This document shows, piece after piece, positions 13,174 to 28,680 of a stretch of DNA of 64,000 nucleotides. The translations under genes were made by a program, and so were the position numbers. This stretch comes from Octopus sinensis (lineage: Eukaryota). The notes under the pieces are model-generated. The model was not told where the DNA came from. It worked only from the letters and a program-made list of their open reading frames with translations, and made no database searches. How positions within the stretch are numbered: position 1 is the stretch's first letter; every line of letters begins with the position of its first letter. Location of the stretch: contig NC_043003.1 in NCBI RefSeq assembly GCF_006345805.1, positions 5,208,001 to 5,272,000 on the forward strand, given 5' to 3'.

Positions 13174-14558
13174 AAGGAACGTGTACGAAGGAACATACAT
13201 GTATGTAGGGGAGAGTTTACCAACCAACTAATTTTTCTAAACAGATTCAAAGGGTATATAAAAGCTAGACAGTTATAAATGAACTTTGTATAGTTGTGGT
13301 GTATGTATGACGGAGCCAAGTATTTCGTTATAACAGGGAGTGGCCACTTAAGATCCCTTTCAATTGTTAGCTAGCAGGCACGGAAGTGCTCAGCCCTGTA
13401 AGTTCATCACATTGATGTCCTTAGAAGCTTAATTTCATTCTTTATATTGTTTTTATATTTCTTCCTAATAATCTGACCGTGTAGAAAGTATTGTATTTTC
13501 ATAATTAACCGGACGTGTTTTTGTTTTCTGTTTGTTTCCTTTTTTTTTATTTTGATTTGTCTGTCATTATCATCATGGGTTTACTTTGTCTGCAAACTGC
13601 TAAAAAACAGCGCATTGCTTTGGGTGTTCATGCTTGTCTAGAATGAAATGACATTCTGACCTAACGAAGAATTTATTGAAAATACTTATTGGAAGAAACA
13701 CATCTTTCTCCTTTGGTGGATAGAAGTGATTACGCCATATGTTAATTATATTCTCTCACCATTGTTCTACAGGTGTGACGGTGTGTGGAAACAATCGGAG
13801 TGCTATCGAATAAAGAATACCATTCGATCTATTGCCCCTTATTCATATAACTTTCTCTCTATGTTTCTCTGTCTATCTATCTATCCCTGCCCACTCTCCC
13901 TCTACACACACATGCATATATATGTGAGTGTGTGAGCGTATAAACATGCAGAATTAGAGAAAGAAAGAGAGGGAGAGAAAGAAGAATAGAACATTTGTAC
14001 TTCTGTGCAGAACAATGCTGGCGTTGGTGTATATATTAATTGAGATGCCACGCACTTTTAAACCTTCGATTATGCCACTTAGTTCGAACAGCTGAACACG
14101 CACAAACACCTACGCACGTCATATGAAACGTTACCTTTTATTCCTAAGATGCAATCAAATCAGTGAAGTTCTGTGTATATCCCTATACAAATCAACACCA
14201 TTCTTTCTAAATCTCTCCTTCTCTCTTGCTCTTTGTACACACACACACACACACACACTCACGCATGTATATGCGTATCTGCCTACACACATATCTATCT
14301 ATCTATCTATACGTTTAGAGATGTATATATAAATATATATGTTAGTGTGTGTGTGTGTTTATTTATTTATGAATATATACGCCTACACGTACTTCCAAAA
14401 ACGCGCACAGACGCAGATGCAGAATTGTGATTATTTCTGCTTAGATAGTTACTCCTATATTGATGTAAATCTTGTATTTTGTAAGCGTGTGTCTTGATGA
14501 TTCCGTCTGATTTAGCGTGTGTATAGACATATCATCCCCAGTGTGTGTGTGTGTATCA

Positions 14559-14591
<33 letters not shown>

Positions 14592-14883
14592 TACCTATCT
14601 GCATAAGTGTGTTTGCGAGCATTTATTTATTGGAAATCTGTGCATATAATCCTTATGATACACATATAAACGTGTGTTATTTGCGTGTGAGCGTGTATGT
14701 GTGCGTGTGTGCGTGTGCGTGTGTGTGTGCGCGCGCGTATGTTTGTGTTTTATTGTGTGTGTGCGTAGGTTTGTGTGTTATACTTACTTTGTATTTATGC
14801 GTCTTATGTTCGCGTTTGAAACAATATTTGCTAACTAAAATGTGCAAATACGCTGAATATATACACACACAATAACACGCATA

Positions 14884-14924
<41 letters not shown>

Positions 14925-15099
14925 GCATAATATATATACATATATATATACATATATATACATATATATACATATATATATAATATATACAATATATATA
15001 TATATACATGTATATACATATATACATATATATATATACATATATATACATATATATATATACATATATATACATATATATATGTATATATATATATAT

Positions 15100-15140
<41 letters not shown>

Positions 15141-15435
15141 ATGTAAATATGTTTAGGTATGCTTATATACATATGTATGTATGTGTGTGTGTATGCATGT
15201 ATGTGTAGACGTGTACGTATAAACTTCTGTTCATGGCGTCCCATACTGTATTTCAGTACACCTCACTGAGATTTGATTAAAATCACGTTTTGTATACCTT
15301 TTTTTTCTTTATTTATGTTTATTTATTTATTTGCTACCAGCATTCTGTGACCTGGCAAATATTATATAGATGAATTAGCAAAATATTGATGTCAAGACGC
15401 ATCACTACGGGGGAAAGAGAGGGAAAGAGAATATA

Positions 15436-15467
<32 letters not shown>

Positions 15468-15857
15468 ACATATATATTCATATGCATATATATACACATA
15501 TATATATATATATGTATACATATATATCACAGTGAGACAGACATAGTTTATAAGTACAAATTACCGTTCCGATACTTGATGAACAGGTGAAGTGTACAGA
15601 CGTGTTCTTAGGAAGAATTCCAGCAGTAATGATTATTTTCTTTAACAAGTTCATCAATAACTATGTTGTGATATGTCGTTTATTTCAGAAATATATTTGT
15701 TAAAAAGGAATATATATGCAATTGAGAATAACGATTAACATACGTATTTGTTAACGAATTGTTCGACGGGGTGTGTTCCATTTTCGGAAAAAAATGCAAA
15801 CGAAAATTGCATTCCTGCTTTTAAGTTCTTTTATATATGTTACTTTTATATATGTTA

Positions 15858-15895
<38 letters not shown>

Positions 15896-17120
15896 CACCT
15901 TATTAATTATATATATTGTATAAAATGGTACCATTGTTTACTTCCTAAACACGTTGCAGTTGTTAAGCATTCCACTTAAACATAGTAATCCAGCTCCACT
16001 TTTGAAAGAGCTTCGTATTCTCATTGCCTGCTAGTGTTATCTATCTACCTACCTTCCTACCTACCTATCTATCTATCTGACTCTGTTTCTCAACCCATGT
16101 ATATGTCTGTGTAAGATCCAAAGATCTGCTAGTGTTGTGTACCTCGCTCTCTTTCTCTATCTATCTACCTATCTACCTATCTATCAATCTATTTACCTAT
16201 CCACCTATCAATGTACCTACCTATCTATCTATCTTACTATCTGACTGTTTGTTTCTCATCCCACGTAAATGTCTGTGTAAGGTCCAAAGTCCAAGGCGTA
16301 GGAAGTTAATCAGCTTCAAACAATCTGTAGAATATATCAAAAACAACTTTCAAGAACAATAATGGTTTATTGGCGCAGAATGTTGAAAGTGAGTAGATAA
16401 AATCCCGGCTACATATGTTTCAAAGCCAACGAAACCTCCAAAGTAGTAAATTATCTAGCCGAGGGATAGACCACAAGATACTCTTCTGGCCAAGTATCCC
16501 TTGATTATATGAATTTTACATTAACATTAGCAGACCCCGTGTTAACTCGAGGATTTGGTCGAAATGCGTAGAAAAACAGTTTGTTTCCCCAGGAGTTTAA
16601 CATGGGATCTCCTAACAGTAAGGTAAACTTCATATAATCAAAGTATTCTTGACCTGAAGAGTAGCTTGCGGTCAAGCTTTCTTTTGAGGGTCCACTAGCT
16701 ATGTAGTGAAACATGTAGCTTGGACTTTACTCCATTCCCGTCTTCCACATCCTTCCTAAAGACACTACCTGCTTTTACCTGTCTCTTCTCAGAACTCGTT
16801 TTTCTAGCGTCCATAAACTTCACATCCTCTTGGCTTAACAGCCCTCACCGTTTGTATTTACTGTTTTGCTCTTACTGTCCTATTTTTGTTACCACTTTAA
16901 CCCTCCGCAAAATAATCCCAAATTTTATTTAATTTTCTTTGCGGGAAGGACTGTTTTAATGAAGTCGCGTCTTCTTCCTACCTTCGAAACGCGGAGTAGA
17001 TAAAACGGGACAACTGATGAAGGGAATGTACTTTATGTTGCCTGTCTCGTTTCTCTGTTTGTTTCTTTCGTTTTCTGTTTTTGTGTTCTCGTTTCTCATT
17101 ATGTCCTTACACATATATGC

Positions 17121-17159
<39 letters not shown>

Positions 17160-17261
17160 TATGTACACATATGTATGTATTTACATCGACTATTAACATA
17201 TGTAACAATAACAGACGTACACATAGATATTATCGAAACAGATGAGTATATTTTAAATATT

Positions 17262-17476
17262 CTTTTCTATTCTAGGCACGAGATCCGAAATTTTGGAGAG
17301 GCGAGGCAGTCGCTTAGATCGAACCCAGTACGCAACTGGTAATGAATTTATCGACCCCGAAAGGATGAAAGGCAAAGTCGACCTCGGCGGAATTTAAACT
17401 CAGAACATAAAGACAGACGGAATACTGCAAAGCATTTCGCCCGCCCTGCTAACGTTTCCGCCAGTGTGCCGCCTTA
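17262..17476 (-). mobile_element. Meta-type SINE with an alternative tail
   Basis: Core and head in reverse complement; 15-bp TSD tatattttaaatatt at 17247-17261 and 17477-17491. Confidence 0.9.
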
Positions 17477-17829
17477 TATATTTTAAATATTATATTGATC
17501 CTAGTATGGAAGAACGAGGGACAATAATGCGGGTATCCCTGCAATCAACGGATATACAGTTATTCAATAACCAATCAGTAATCATTGTTCGTACCACCAT
17601 TCAACAATTAGTGACTTCGCGCAATCAGATCATGAATAATGGAACCGGACATTTATTGCTAATCAGTAATTCGATAATTTCATATCCCAGGCTTACCAGG
17701 AACCTGCGAATACTGTATTTAAGTGCATTGTCTTTTGTGTATTATCTTTAAATATGAGCATTTATAACACGCACATACACACACACACACGCCTATATCC
17801 ATTTGTATTTTATATTCATTGATAACGCG

Positions 17830-17970
17830 GCGGAAGTGAGTCAATTACAGCCAGGAAAACAGAATGCGTTGGTTCGCTTCGGAGATGTAATAAAAGACAA
17901 GCGCTTGACCAGGTTGCGGTGAAATGGAACAGAACTTGAAAGCGTATGGCGGCAAATCGAACTTCTAAAC
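17830..17970 (-). mobile_element. Degenerate CORE-type SINE 5' part
   Basis: Reverse complement gtatgactgtgtggtttagaagttcg...cctggtcaagcgcttgtc resembles the 49787 head. Confidence 0.5.
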
Positions 17971-18981
17971 CACACAGTCATACAGAGAGAGAGAGAGAGA
18001 AAGAGATAGAGACAGACAGACAGAGATAGAGACAGACAGAGAGATAGACAGACAGAGACAAGCAAAGAGAGAGAGAGAGAGTCAGATTGAGAGATAGACA
18101 GAGACAGACAGATAGACGAACAGACAGAGGCAATGACCGAGAGACAGAGAAAAATCAAGTCTCATACTGGACTAACTCTTTACTTATCGATCCCGAAAGG
18201 TTTAGATTGATTTTGTTGGGATTCGAATTCAAGTAACTCATCCCGCAAAACATTTTATCCATCGATCTATGATTTCAGTCAAAGTTCCGACATACAAGTC
18301 TCAAAATATATCGGTTTTTATTTATTTATTTATTTTATTTTATTTTTTGTTACTGTTAACTTCTCATTATACAGTATTGTTGAACTCTGAGTATAAAAAT
18401 AAAGTAGACTAAAAAAATTTAAACATTCACATCTTTCTACGCTTAATATTGCTGACATGCATAAAAAAATGAACCTTCAGTGCAGAATAATGTTTTGTGT
18501 ACTTCTAGACAGTATCTGGCTTGTAACCCATATTTCAATTCATTAATCACTGATAAAATTCTCATTTTAGTAGCAGCACACTGCACCTGCCGCTTTCCTC
18601 ACTGTAATTGTCTTCGGGATATAATTAGCCTATACACACACACACACAGCTTGGTGTGTGTGTTACTACTCTCCCTTTGATAAAATATCCCATGTTTTTT
18701 TTAAAGTGTGGCTACTGCAAGTGTATTTGTGAATGCTTAATGATTTCGTTCATGTAAAATGAATGATTATATTTGCGAAAATGTAGATTAAAATACAAAA
18801 CTTTCATCTCAGTTTTGTCTTAAATCCCAAGCTGAATAATTAAATTCAAGTATCATCTTTGACTAGGCGACATTATTAACTGTTGGAAAACTGATATTTT
18901 TACCGTGAAATTAAATCTGGAAGATGTTATTTTTAGCAGCTTCAGAAAGGTGTACGTGTGTATCAGTGGGTAGATAAATAC

Positions 18982-19190
18982 GGGTTTCAAATTTTGGCAC
19001 AAGGCCAGCAATTTGAGGGAGGGAGGCGGTAAGTCAATTACATCGATGCTAGAGGTCAACTAGTACCTATTTTATCGAAATTGAAAGGATGAAAATTAAA
19101 GATGACCTCAGTGGAAATTGAACTCAGAACATAAAGGCGGACGACAGGATGTTGAGCACTTTTTCGGACATGTTAACGATTCCGCCAGCT
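18982..19190 (-). mobile_element. Older Meta-type SINE
   Basis: tttcaaattttggcacaaggccagcaattt tail; ttatcgaaattgaaaggatgaaa core; aactcagaac head. Confidence 0.75.
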
Positions 19191-19749
19191 TTGGGTAGAT
19201 CAATGGTAGCAGTAAACAATGGTGTTTCCTTCACACAATGATTTAACGCATTCGGTTGAGTCTCAGACAAAATGTAGAGGCGGCGGCAGATTCTTGAGTA
19301 CGTCTGTCAAAGTTCCATGCGGTATTTTGTGAAGATCACCTTGCTTTGAGAGAAAAACACAGTATAATCACATAAGTCACAGATGTATTACAGCTGCAGT
19401 TATGCATACACATATATACACCTACGCATACACACATATACACGTACACTTATACATATATACATACATACTTGTATACATATACACACATATACGTATA
19501 CATACATGTAACACGTCCACATACGCCTACGTATATAGAGAATACACATATAAACGTGTTTAATTATATTATGGAAAAGCAGAGAGTAGACCGAAGACAC
19601 GTCTCGTTCTTGTATCCTTTTAAATATTTGTTTTCTACTGAGAGACATACACTCCCCACTGAACCTCACCATCACCGGTTAGTGAACCAGGAGATTACCG
19701 AGGTGTTATTCGGAACAAACAACGCTTACATTCACGCAATAAAAAAACC

Positions 19750-19789
<40 letters not shown>

Positions 19790-22260
19790 GCTTCTACATC
19801 TCACTTCTCTTCTCTTCCTACGGGGCTGATCGGCCAGCTTACTCTCTCTTTCTTGGTCTGACCGTGGTCCGTGCAACATCGATATTCTTCCCTGTTTGTG
19901 AAACTCTTGTATCTTTGCCGTAAGGCTTCATTTCCACACACGCCAGCTTAATTCAATTCGTCCTTAGTCGAAAGACACCTGTTATGTCCTGTTATTAATT
20001 TCATTGTATTTATTATTGTATTTATATTTATGTAACATTGTCCGTTATTTCCGTCGTTGTTTTCTTATACATTCGCTGCTTTCTTCCAAGGAATCTAATG
20101 CTCTTAGCTTAGCTTTTTGGGGGAGCTAGCCAGATTGGAGCAATCTCATGAATAATCAGCCGAAATAATCTGGTTCTTGACTGAAGATTGAAAGCTTCGA
20201 ATGACCTGTCCTTGTTTTCTTTGTATCGTCTATCTGGATGTTTTGTTGTCCCTTTTGTATCACCTAGTTGTCCGGATGTTTTGCGTTCTTGTCCCATTTT
20301 GTATCATATATATATATATATATATATTTGTATGAGTACTTGCAATGGGAAGGACCCCTTTAGTAAGTTCCATCTTTATTCTGGAGATTAAGAATCTAGG
20401 ACTTTATTGACGAGTATGTCAATTTTTAAGATGGCAATGTGTTTTACAAAAAATATTTAGCGGTTGTTTGGGTAATTTGAGAAATAACTGACAGAATATA
20501 TCAGACAGCGTTAGGCTCCTGTTTGAAATGGACCCGAAATATTAACAATGGAATCCCACAACTGATATATTTGAAAATCTTAGAAGCCAATGAGAAAACC
20601 TCTATACTGTGAGAAACAGCAAGAAGCCATATAGCCCCTACATCACACAACCAGTTTTTCGAATAATGAAGAAATTAAATAGTGTTGTTAGCTATCACTA
20701 AACATAAAATGGTTGCACCTGGAAAGGCCTTGATCAGAGATCTAATCAATCCAGTTAATACAGCAAATAATGTGTTTATTTTATGGTTCTTAGAATGGAG
20801 TGGAATTCGATCTCTATATTTCCTCTGTTGCATTTTAAAGGCTTCATAGAAGCATCAACCTTTACAACAATAGTAACTAAAACATTGATAGCCATCATCA
20901 ATTTTGTTTCTCTTAAGTGATATGTTATACCATTATACTACTGTACCACTTTGGAATATTTCAGCCATGAAACTGCCACTTAGAGAATGGAAAAATCTCT
21001 TTTTTTTTAATTTTTATTTTGTACTTTAGTCTTGGAGTAAAGAATGGACAGCATTGGCGTGCTGCGTTTGGAAAACGGAAGCGTTTCAAATAGATTCATA
21101 TCGAAAACAACGTACAAAAGCGGAAACTTTAAAGAAAACATTTTGAAGAGCTAAATTAATGTATTCTTTTGTAGAAATGACAGAGCAGAAAGCTTAAAAA
21201 AAAATATATTTCCCCCTGACATTTCCGAATATTCCACTCACATATTCCTTAAGAAAATAACAACGATCTATTGTTTGGTAACTGAAAGAAACTAAATGCT
21301 TCCATAGAAAAAAATTCACTGTAGTCTGATTCTCGTAATAAAAAATAAATAATCTGAAACGAACAAATCTGGTTTGAAAAATATACTAAACACGATTTTC
21401 TTATCTTAATGATGTTGAAAGTAGAATGGGATTCAACATAGGTTCTCGACCACATCTAATGTTTTTGGGGATAATGTTAGAAATACGTGCCTTCATGCTG
21501 GCTATGGTTTAACAAGTAATAACATTACTACAATGTTATGGATTTTTTTCTCTTTCTCAGCCATCTTGTCACTAGAATCATAAACACTGTTTAATTAATA
21601 GTGAAAATATTTCGAAATAGGCATCAAATGTCTGACAAATGGCTGAATACTGAAACAAATGCATCCATTGATTAGAAACCTGAATATTGACATCGATTAA
21701 ACCAGTGAATTATATCTATAGAACAATATTGAAATATTTGATCTATGAAATGCATTTACAGAATTTTTGTTTAATTTTTATTTGCTTATTTTTACATTTC
21801 AATCTGATTAAATTAAAATTCTCAATTTGTCACATTTCGTAAATCGTTTTGAAAGCTACTTTGATTTCCAAATTCATTTTATGCTTTTGAAGTAAATTTA
21901 TCTCTTTAAAACTTCTGCATAACTTGTAGAAAAGTTTGACATGAGGCACGGAAGTCTCGATACGTTTAAGTATCACGACTTTCATGTGATTAATTTATCA
22001 ATATCAAAAATGAACAGTAATTTATCGTCCATGAAATATTTTTTCTCTGGCCTATATCACTTAGAATAATGTGTGATATTTGTGGTCCCTTTCAAGTTAA
22101 TACGTTAAACCTATAGTTGTCAAACATAAGTAAGGTAAATCCCTCTTGTATATTTAGTCCTTGGGTACAACACTTTGATCTGAAGTGAAAGTTCGGGAAA
22201 CGATTTTCATAGAGTTTTACAAAACAAAGAGGTTACAAAAAGAGAATAGTGAACAAGATG

Positions 22261-22305
<45 letters not shown>

Positions 22306-23639
22306 TTCATCTTTTGTGAAAGTGCGAGATGAAGTTCTTAGGGTTTTAGGATTATGATCTTAAATTAATGAGATCAAACCCCGTACCACATGTTGCATTT
22401 TGCCCTTCCATATTGCTCTACTTTTCTTAACTAGAAATGAGTAACAGTTGGTTGTTTTTGGTGCAGGTCTCTCTCCCTCTAGCTCTCACATATTTGTTGT
22501 TCCACTGGATCAAAAGTGGAAGGTTTGAAAAGGTGGTCTCTGTCTGTTTGCGACTGCATAGTCACCCAAAACAGTTGCCAATAACAGGCAACAATTTATC
22601 AAATCATTTTCCTAGCGACTGACGACTAAAATTAGTATTTACTCTAAAATAGTGGCCTTCTCATAAACGCTGTGTCACTAAACCACTTAATTAATACGTG
22701 TCCTTCATCAACGATGTTTTCGTAAGCAATTCTTCAAAAAAGCATCATTTCGCTTCCTTATAGAGTTGCAGAAAATTTCTTGAGCTCTCACGATTTTTCT
22801 ATAAATTGGGCACGACTATCACCGAAGACAACTCCTGGTAAATTCACGCCATTAACTAAGCTAGGGCTATATCCTAAATACTGGTCCTTTTCCGGGACGG
22901 AAAATATATTACACAAGCGAACCTTTCTCTACACACTACAAAGGTCAATTGTGGAGCAAAATCGAGTAGTGTTCCCATATCTGGGACGGCATACAGAGAC
23001 ATCCTCAACTGCATTCAGAGGCCATGTTGTAGCCATCATCCCAGGATCCACATTAACAATGACGACCAGTTTTTTCTTCTCATAAGATCTACCTTCTGGA
23101 ATATTCTTCCTGTGCATAGTTTTTGCAGTTGGTGCTGAATAAAAAGACATCACCAGTCAGTCGTGGTGGCACCGAAAGGACCATAATCGTTTGATCTTCC
23201 TCTAGATCTATCATAGGAATAAAAGAAATCCACTTTGCACAAGTAGCACTCTCTTCATAACGTGGACGTTACTTATATATAGTACCTGTCTACCGGCAAC
23301 CAGGTATTAAGAAGCGGATGCTGGTGTTGACGGGAACGAAAGTCAAAACTAATCCAGAAGCAACTTCCTTCCATCCTTCCTTTTTCTCTCTCTTATGCCT
23401 TCTTTCATATGCTCTCGCATCATCTTCTCTCTCTCTCTCTCCCTTTTTCTCTGATCCATAAAACCCTGGAAGTAACACGGTGCTATGTTTTTCAGGACGC
23501 GAGCAAAATTTTATTCATCATATCTATGGTCACAAAATCTCGATCAAACTTGTAACCACAGACATTGCCCTTGCTTCATTTCTCTCTCTCTTTATCTATA
23601 CATATATGACTATACGCACACACACAACGAAACATTCAC

Positions 23640-24200
23640 TTATGTTGATATATACCTGTATGTATGTATGTATGTGTATGTATGTATGTATGGGTGCATG
23701 TATGCAGAGTATGTATGTGTGTGTATATATGTGTATGTATGTATGTATGTATATGTGTGAGTATGTATGTGTATGCATGTATGTGCATGTATGTGCGTGT
23801 ATGCATGTATGTGTATGCGTGCATGTATGTGTATATGTGTATGTATGTGTATGTGTGTGTATGTATGTGTGTGTATATATGTATGTGTATATATGTGTGT
23901 GTATGCTTGTTTGTATGTGTATGCTTGTATGTATGTGTATATATGTGTGTGTATATATGTGTGTGTATATATGTATGTGTATGTGTGTGTCTATGTGTGT
24001 GTCTATGTGTGTATGGATGTGTGTATGGATGTGTGTATGGGTGTGTGTATGGATGTGTGTATGGGTGTGTGTATGGGTGTGTGTATGGATGTGTGTATGG
24101 GTGTGTGTATGGGTGTGTGTATGGGTGTGTGTATGGGTGTGTGTATGAGTGTGTGTATGTGTGTGTTTGTATGTGTGTGTTTGTATGTATAAACGTGTGC
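23640..24200. repeat. (TG/TA) microsatellite grading into a 12-bp minisatellite GTATGG(G/A)TGTGT
   Basis: Direct inspection, 24005-24150; explains the MGVC/MDVC repeats in the ORFs. Confidence 0.9.
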
Positions 24201-24464
24201 GTGTATAAATACGTAAAGTGATAGATAGACCGAGAGGGGAATCGGAGAAGATTGATTGGCTGAACTTCGGGTTACAAAGTAGAAACCGCTCTTTTGTTTT
24301 TCCTTTTTGTTTTTATACTATAATTTAAATTTACTAGCCTCAAAACCAAAATATGAAGTCATCTATCTACCTATCAATCTATCCATCTACCTACTTGTGT
24401 ATCTGCACGTGTATCTATCATGTATCTCTCAAATAATGCATATATATATATACATACATACAAT

Positions 24465-24496
<32 letters not shown>

Positions 24497-24544
24497 CATG
24501 CAATCATACATACATACAGATGTATGTGAATATATATATATATA

Positions 24545-25515
24545 TACATACACGTCTATACACACATATTTACATATATATGCATGTATATATACACATG
24601 TATACATACATATATACTATTTAGACATATTTATACACGTATATATATGTATAAATACATATATATACTATATAGACATATATATATATATATATAGACA
24701 TACATATGTATATATAGACATACATACATATATATAGACATACATATACACGTGTATATAAATCTATATATATATATATATATATTCATATATACATGTG
24801 TCTTTATGTATGTAAATATACACATATCTATGTGTATATAAATGTGTATATATCTGCATATATATCAGTGCGCAATATATCACGTTTTATTAGCTCTTTA
24901 TTTTAAATTGAAAAGTCAAATGCTATTACGTTTTCTTCATAAATATATATTTGCCTCAAGTTATATACACCCATATATAGTCCTAGACTCGTATAAACTC
25001 TTATACGAAACTATATATATATATATATATATATACATACACGTCTATACACACATATTTACATATATATGCATGTATATATACACATGTATACATACAT
25101 ATATACTATTTAGACATATTTATACACGTATATATATGTATAAATACATATATATACTATATAGACATATATATATATATATATAGACATACATATGTAT
25201 ATATAGACATACATACATATATATAGACATACATATACACGTGTATATAAATCTATATATATATATATATATTCATATATACATGTGTCTTTATGTATGT
25301 AAATATACACATATCTATGTGTATATAAATGTGTATATATCTGCATATATATCAGTGCGCAATATATCACGTTTTATTAGCTCTTTATTTTAAATTGAAA
25401 AGTCAAATGCTATTACGTTTTCTTCATAAATATATATTTGCCTCAAGTTATATACACCCATATATAGTCCTAGACTCGTATAAACTCTTATACGAAACTA
25501 TATATATATATATAT
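24545..25515. repeat. Near-identical ~487-bp tandem duplication
   Basis: ORFs starting at 24842 and 25329 have identical N-termini (offset 487); unique sequence (gcgcaatatatcacg...ctcgtataaactc) is duplicated. Confidence 0.9.
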
Positions 25516-26477
25516 ATATAGTTTCTTTTTTTTGTTGTTTCTCACTTTTCTGTGACAAGAAAATTTTCACTTTTTAAAAGCTTTCATCGAACCTAAATTT
25601 TTACGATGTCATTTCTAATATGGTTATTGTAATATTCTGTATGCGCATGCGGCCACGTACACACGCACATACTTACGTCTATATACAATCACAATGCACA
25701 CACGCACATATATGCACGCACGCACATATATGCACGCACGCACGCACACAAACACACATATTTGTGTATATATATATATATATACATACATACAATGTGT
25801 ATGTATGTGTATCTGTATATGTATATATGAACGTGGATAAGTAACTGTATGTATGTATGTATGTAGAAAATAAATCTTAAGAAATAATCGTCAAAAATCA
25901 AACTATATATTTTAAACTAAAGATATACCTTGCCGGAAGCACGATAGAATTTGAAATATTTCCGTTTAACAGCTTAGTGATAAATATCTCTGGTGATCTC
26001 AAATACCGGTAATTATTAAGGAACATTCTTTAGCCAATGGTTCACCTATTCCCTGATCACCTTTTCTGCTTTGGGTGCAACAAGGTCTGCTTGAAATCTC
26101 TGTATGACTTAAGAAAAGAGGAACAAAAATACCCCACTTAATTGCTAATACATTCCTTGTGAAACTCTCTCTACGCTAGCAAGCTGGTTTACTTCTGGCT
26201 ATAATTATTCTCTCTTATCGCTGATGTGTGTCTAAAGAAGAAATAACTTGTGTAGTTTCGCATATATCTTGTGACCTTGATTAATATAGTGAAATGTTGT
26301 TTTGAAGGAAGGGGTAGATGTCATCTGTAGCTAACTACTATTACTGACGCTTAAGGGGACACGTACCCATGTTGGAGTCCAGGAAATGTTAGACAACAAA
26401 TAGCTTCTCGAGGCGTGTTACTTCAGATATCTGAGAACGAATGTTTAATCTAAGAAAAGTTTTCTCTTTTATCATTT

Positions 26478-26880
26478 ATTTGTTTCAGTCATTAGACTAC
26501 GGCCATGCTGGGGCACCGCCTTGAAGAATTTTAGTCGAACAGACCAGACAAACTTCTTGTGTTTTGTTTCTAAAGCTTGTTATCTATTATATCAGTTCTT
26601 TTGCTGAACTGCTAACGTACAAGGACGTAAACAGACCAACACTGATTGACAAGCTGTGGTGGCAGACAAGTACAGACACAAACACACACGCGCACACACA
26701 TAAAGATGCATGTATATATATATACGACGGGCTTCTTTCTGTTTCCATCAACCAAATCCACTCACAAGGTTTCAATCGGACCGAAGCTATAGCAGAAGAC
26801 TCTCGTCCAAGGTACCACGCTGGGTGACTGAACCTGGTAAAATGTGGTTGGGAAGCAAACTTCTTACCACACAGCTACGC
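26478..26880 (-). mobile_element. Full-length diverged CORE-type SINE
   Basis: gtttcagtcattagactacggccatgctgg tail through accaaatccactcacaagg core to cttcttaccacacagctac head. Confidence 0.85.
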
Positions 26881-28343
26881 TTGCGCCAATCGCTGGAAAT
26901 AAAATTTCCCTAATTCAAAAGTCACATGTTCACCCTCTTCGGTCCAGTTCCCGTATTCAGCTGAACCTTATCAATCATTTCTTAAGGAATAGAAATGTCC
27001 AACTCACTCTGGGATAATTAACGACTATTTAAATCGTTTTCCTGCTTTATGGTGCGTTAAGGCACCATTTGGTCGTTCGTTCTTCGTTTTGTAAAAAAAA
27101 AGTAGAAATGGTTTCCATGTTGATTTGTGGACATAAATCTTTCGATGGTCTTTTCTAGAAATTATGTCTCTGCAACATTCCATCTTAATATGAAAATTTT
27201 ATGTGGACAAAATTAGTATGACGCAAACACAAACAGTAGCTTCTAAGAATCAATTTCTTGGAAGTTCATGTCACGTGACCTACTAAATTACGTACCTGCC
27301 AAATCGGAGATGCAGGTCGATGCATTATATGAAATAAGAATCAGATGTAGATTCAGAACCGAGACAAAAATAGGGTGTTTGAATATCTTTCTAATATGTT
27401 TTACTACATTTATTACGTATGTATCGTAATTAGTAGACATTAGCGCTGTTGGTTACAGGTTTCAAAGCAGCCAATCTCTGGCTCATAGGAATTGTGGTGG
27501 CGACATAGAAAGGGAGTGCCTCAAACACGATACAAAACAAACACCTTAAAGCAATTGATTGTAATGCAATTTTTCCAGTTTTCTCATAGAACGAAATATA
27601 CACAAAATTAGCCACACAGGGACACAAATATATATACACATAGCATGGCAATTTATATTTCGTTTTTGGATTTGGTTTGCAAGATTCTTTATACGAGTTC
27701 GTGTGTTGAAGCATATTCTATTGTGTCTGGGGAGAGTCGTTTTCTTTTTGTACCTTATTATGTAACATACTCACCGGTAAAATTTCCACTTCTTTTCCTT
27801 ATTTTTATTGTCCTAAAATTTCCGTTGCGTCTTGCAACCTTTGCAATATTAAGGCAGAAAAAGAAAATGACTCTCCCCAGACACAATGGCGATTTATCTT
27901 TTTTTATTGTATGTTCACGACCGACTCCCTCACGATAATGATCCCCCTAAACTAGCGACACAGGCTTCCATACTTTTGATTCAATGGAAAAGAAATGAGG
28001 ACATTTCTGTCCAGTCAATGAAGTTTTGTGCTCGTTTGTCGATCCTACTTTACAAAATTTGTATTTGTGTTGTTCAATGGGACAATGAAAGTTCGAAAAG
28101 TCTTTTCTTTTTTTTTTTTCGAGTTGGAGTTAGTTGTGGGGTTAGATGTAATGTTTGTTCATATTGTGCCTGTGTATATGTGTATGTATATATATGTGCG
28201 CGCACACGCGTGCGTGTGTGCGCGTATGTGTGAATATATCGAATATCATAAATGCGTTCTGTATTTTATTAATTATGCACGCAAGTGTACATACACACAT
28301 ATTATTATGCATGAATCAACATAGGTATGCAAGTGTGTGTTTG

Positions 28344-28389
<46 letters not shown>

Positions 28390-28499
28390 TTTATTTCTGT
28401 AACTATACACATGTGTGTATATATATATATATATCAGTTGCCATGATAGATCGTTAGCCACTGCACACATTTTATTTCTCTCCCTGTTTCTCTCCTTCT

Positions 28500-28640
28500 T
28501 TTTTCTGTGTCCCTTTCTGTAGAAGAGCGTAGGCTTGAAACGTAAAAGACTTTTTCTATTCCTGAGCGTTATACTAATACATCTGTTTGTTTTGTACACA
28601 ACCTGTCTTCGTCTTTTGTTTCGTTCGTAAACTCTCTATA
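28500..28640 (+). mobile_element. PLE-like terminal relic with hammerhead-like motif
   Basis: ctgtagaa-gagc-gtag-gctt-gaaacgta-aaag, then cctgagcgttatactaatacatctg tail; homologous to 41815 and 41995; ends in a (TA) tract. Confidence 0.65.
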
Positions 28641-28680
28641 TATATTTATATATCAATTATGTAATATCACGTCTGATGAC

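Noticed and set aside
16644-16685. ctgaaga followed by the agcttg/caagct hairpin
   Set aside because: No GAAA after the stem
16420-16935. Possible LINE endonuclease remnant
   Set aside because: No diagnostic APE or RT motif identifiable by eye
16955-17030. cttcgaaacg...ctgatgaaggg as a hammerhead (type I or II)
   Set aside because: Motif halves are present but the stems do not pair convincingly; at best a decayed relic
20170-20215. ctgaagattgaaagcttcgaatgacc as a hammerhead, within a (TA)n-flanked segment 19790-20305
   Set aside because: 3-bp stem, GAAU instead of GAAA, no stem I or III; the segment is single-copy in this window, so repeat status cannot be shown
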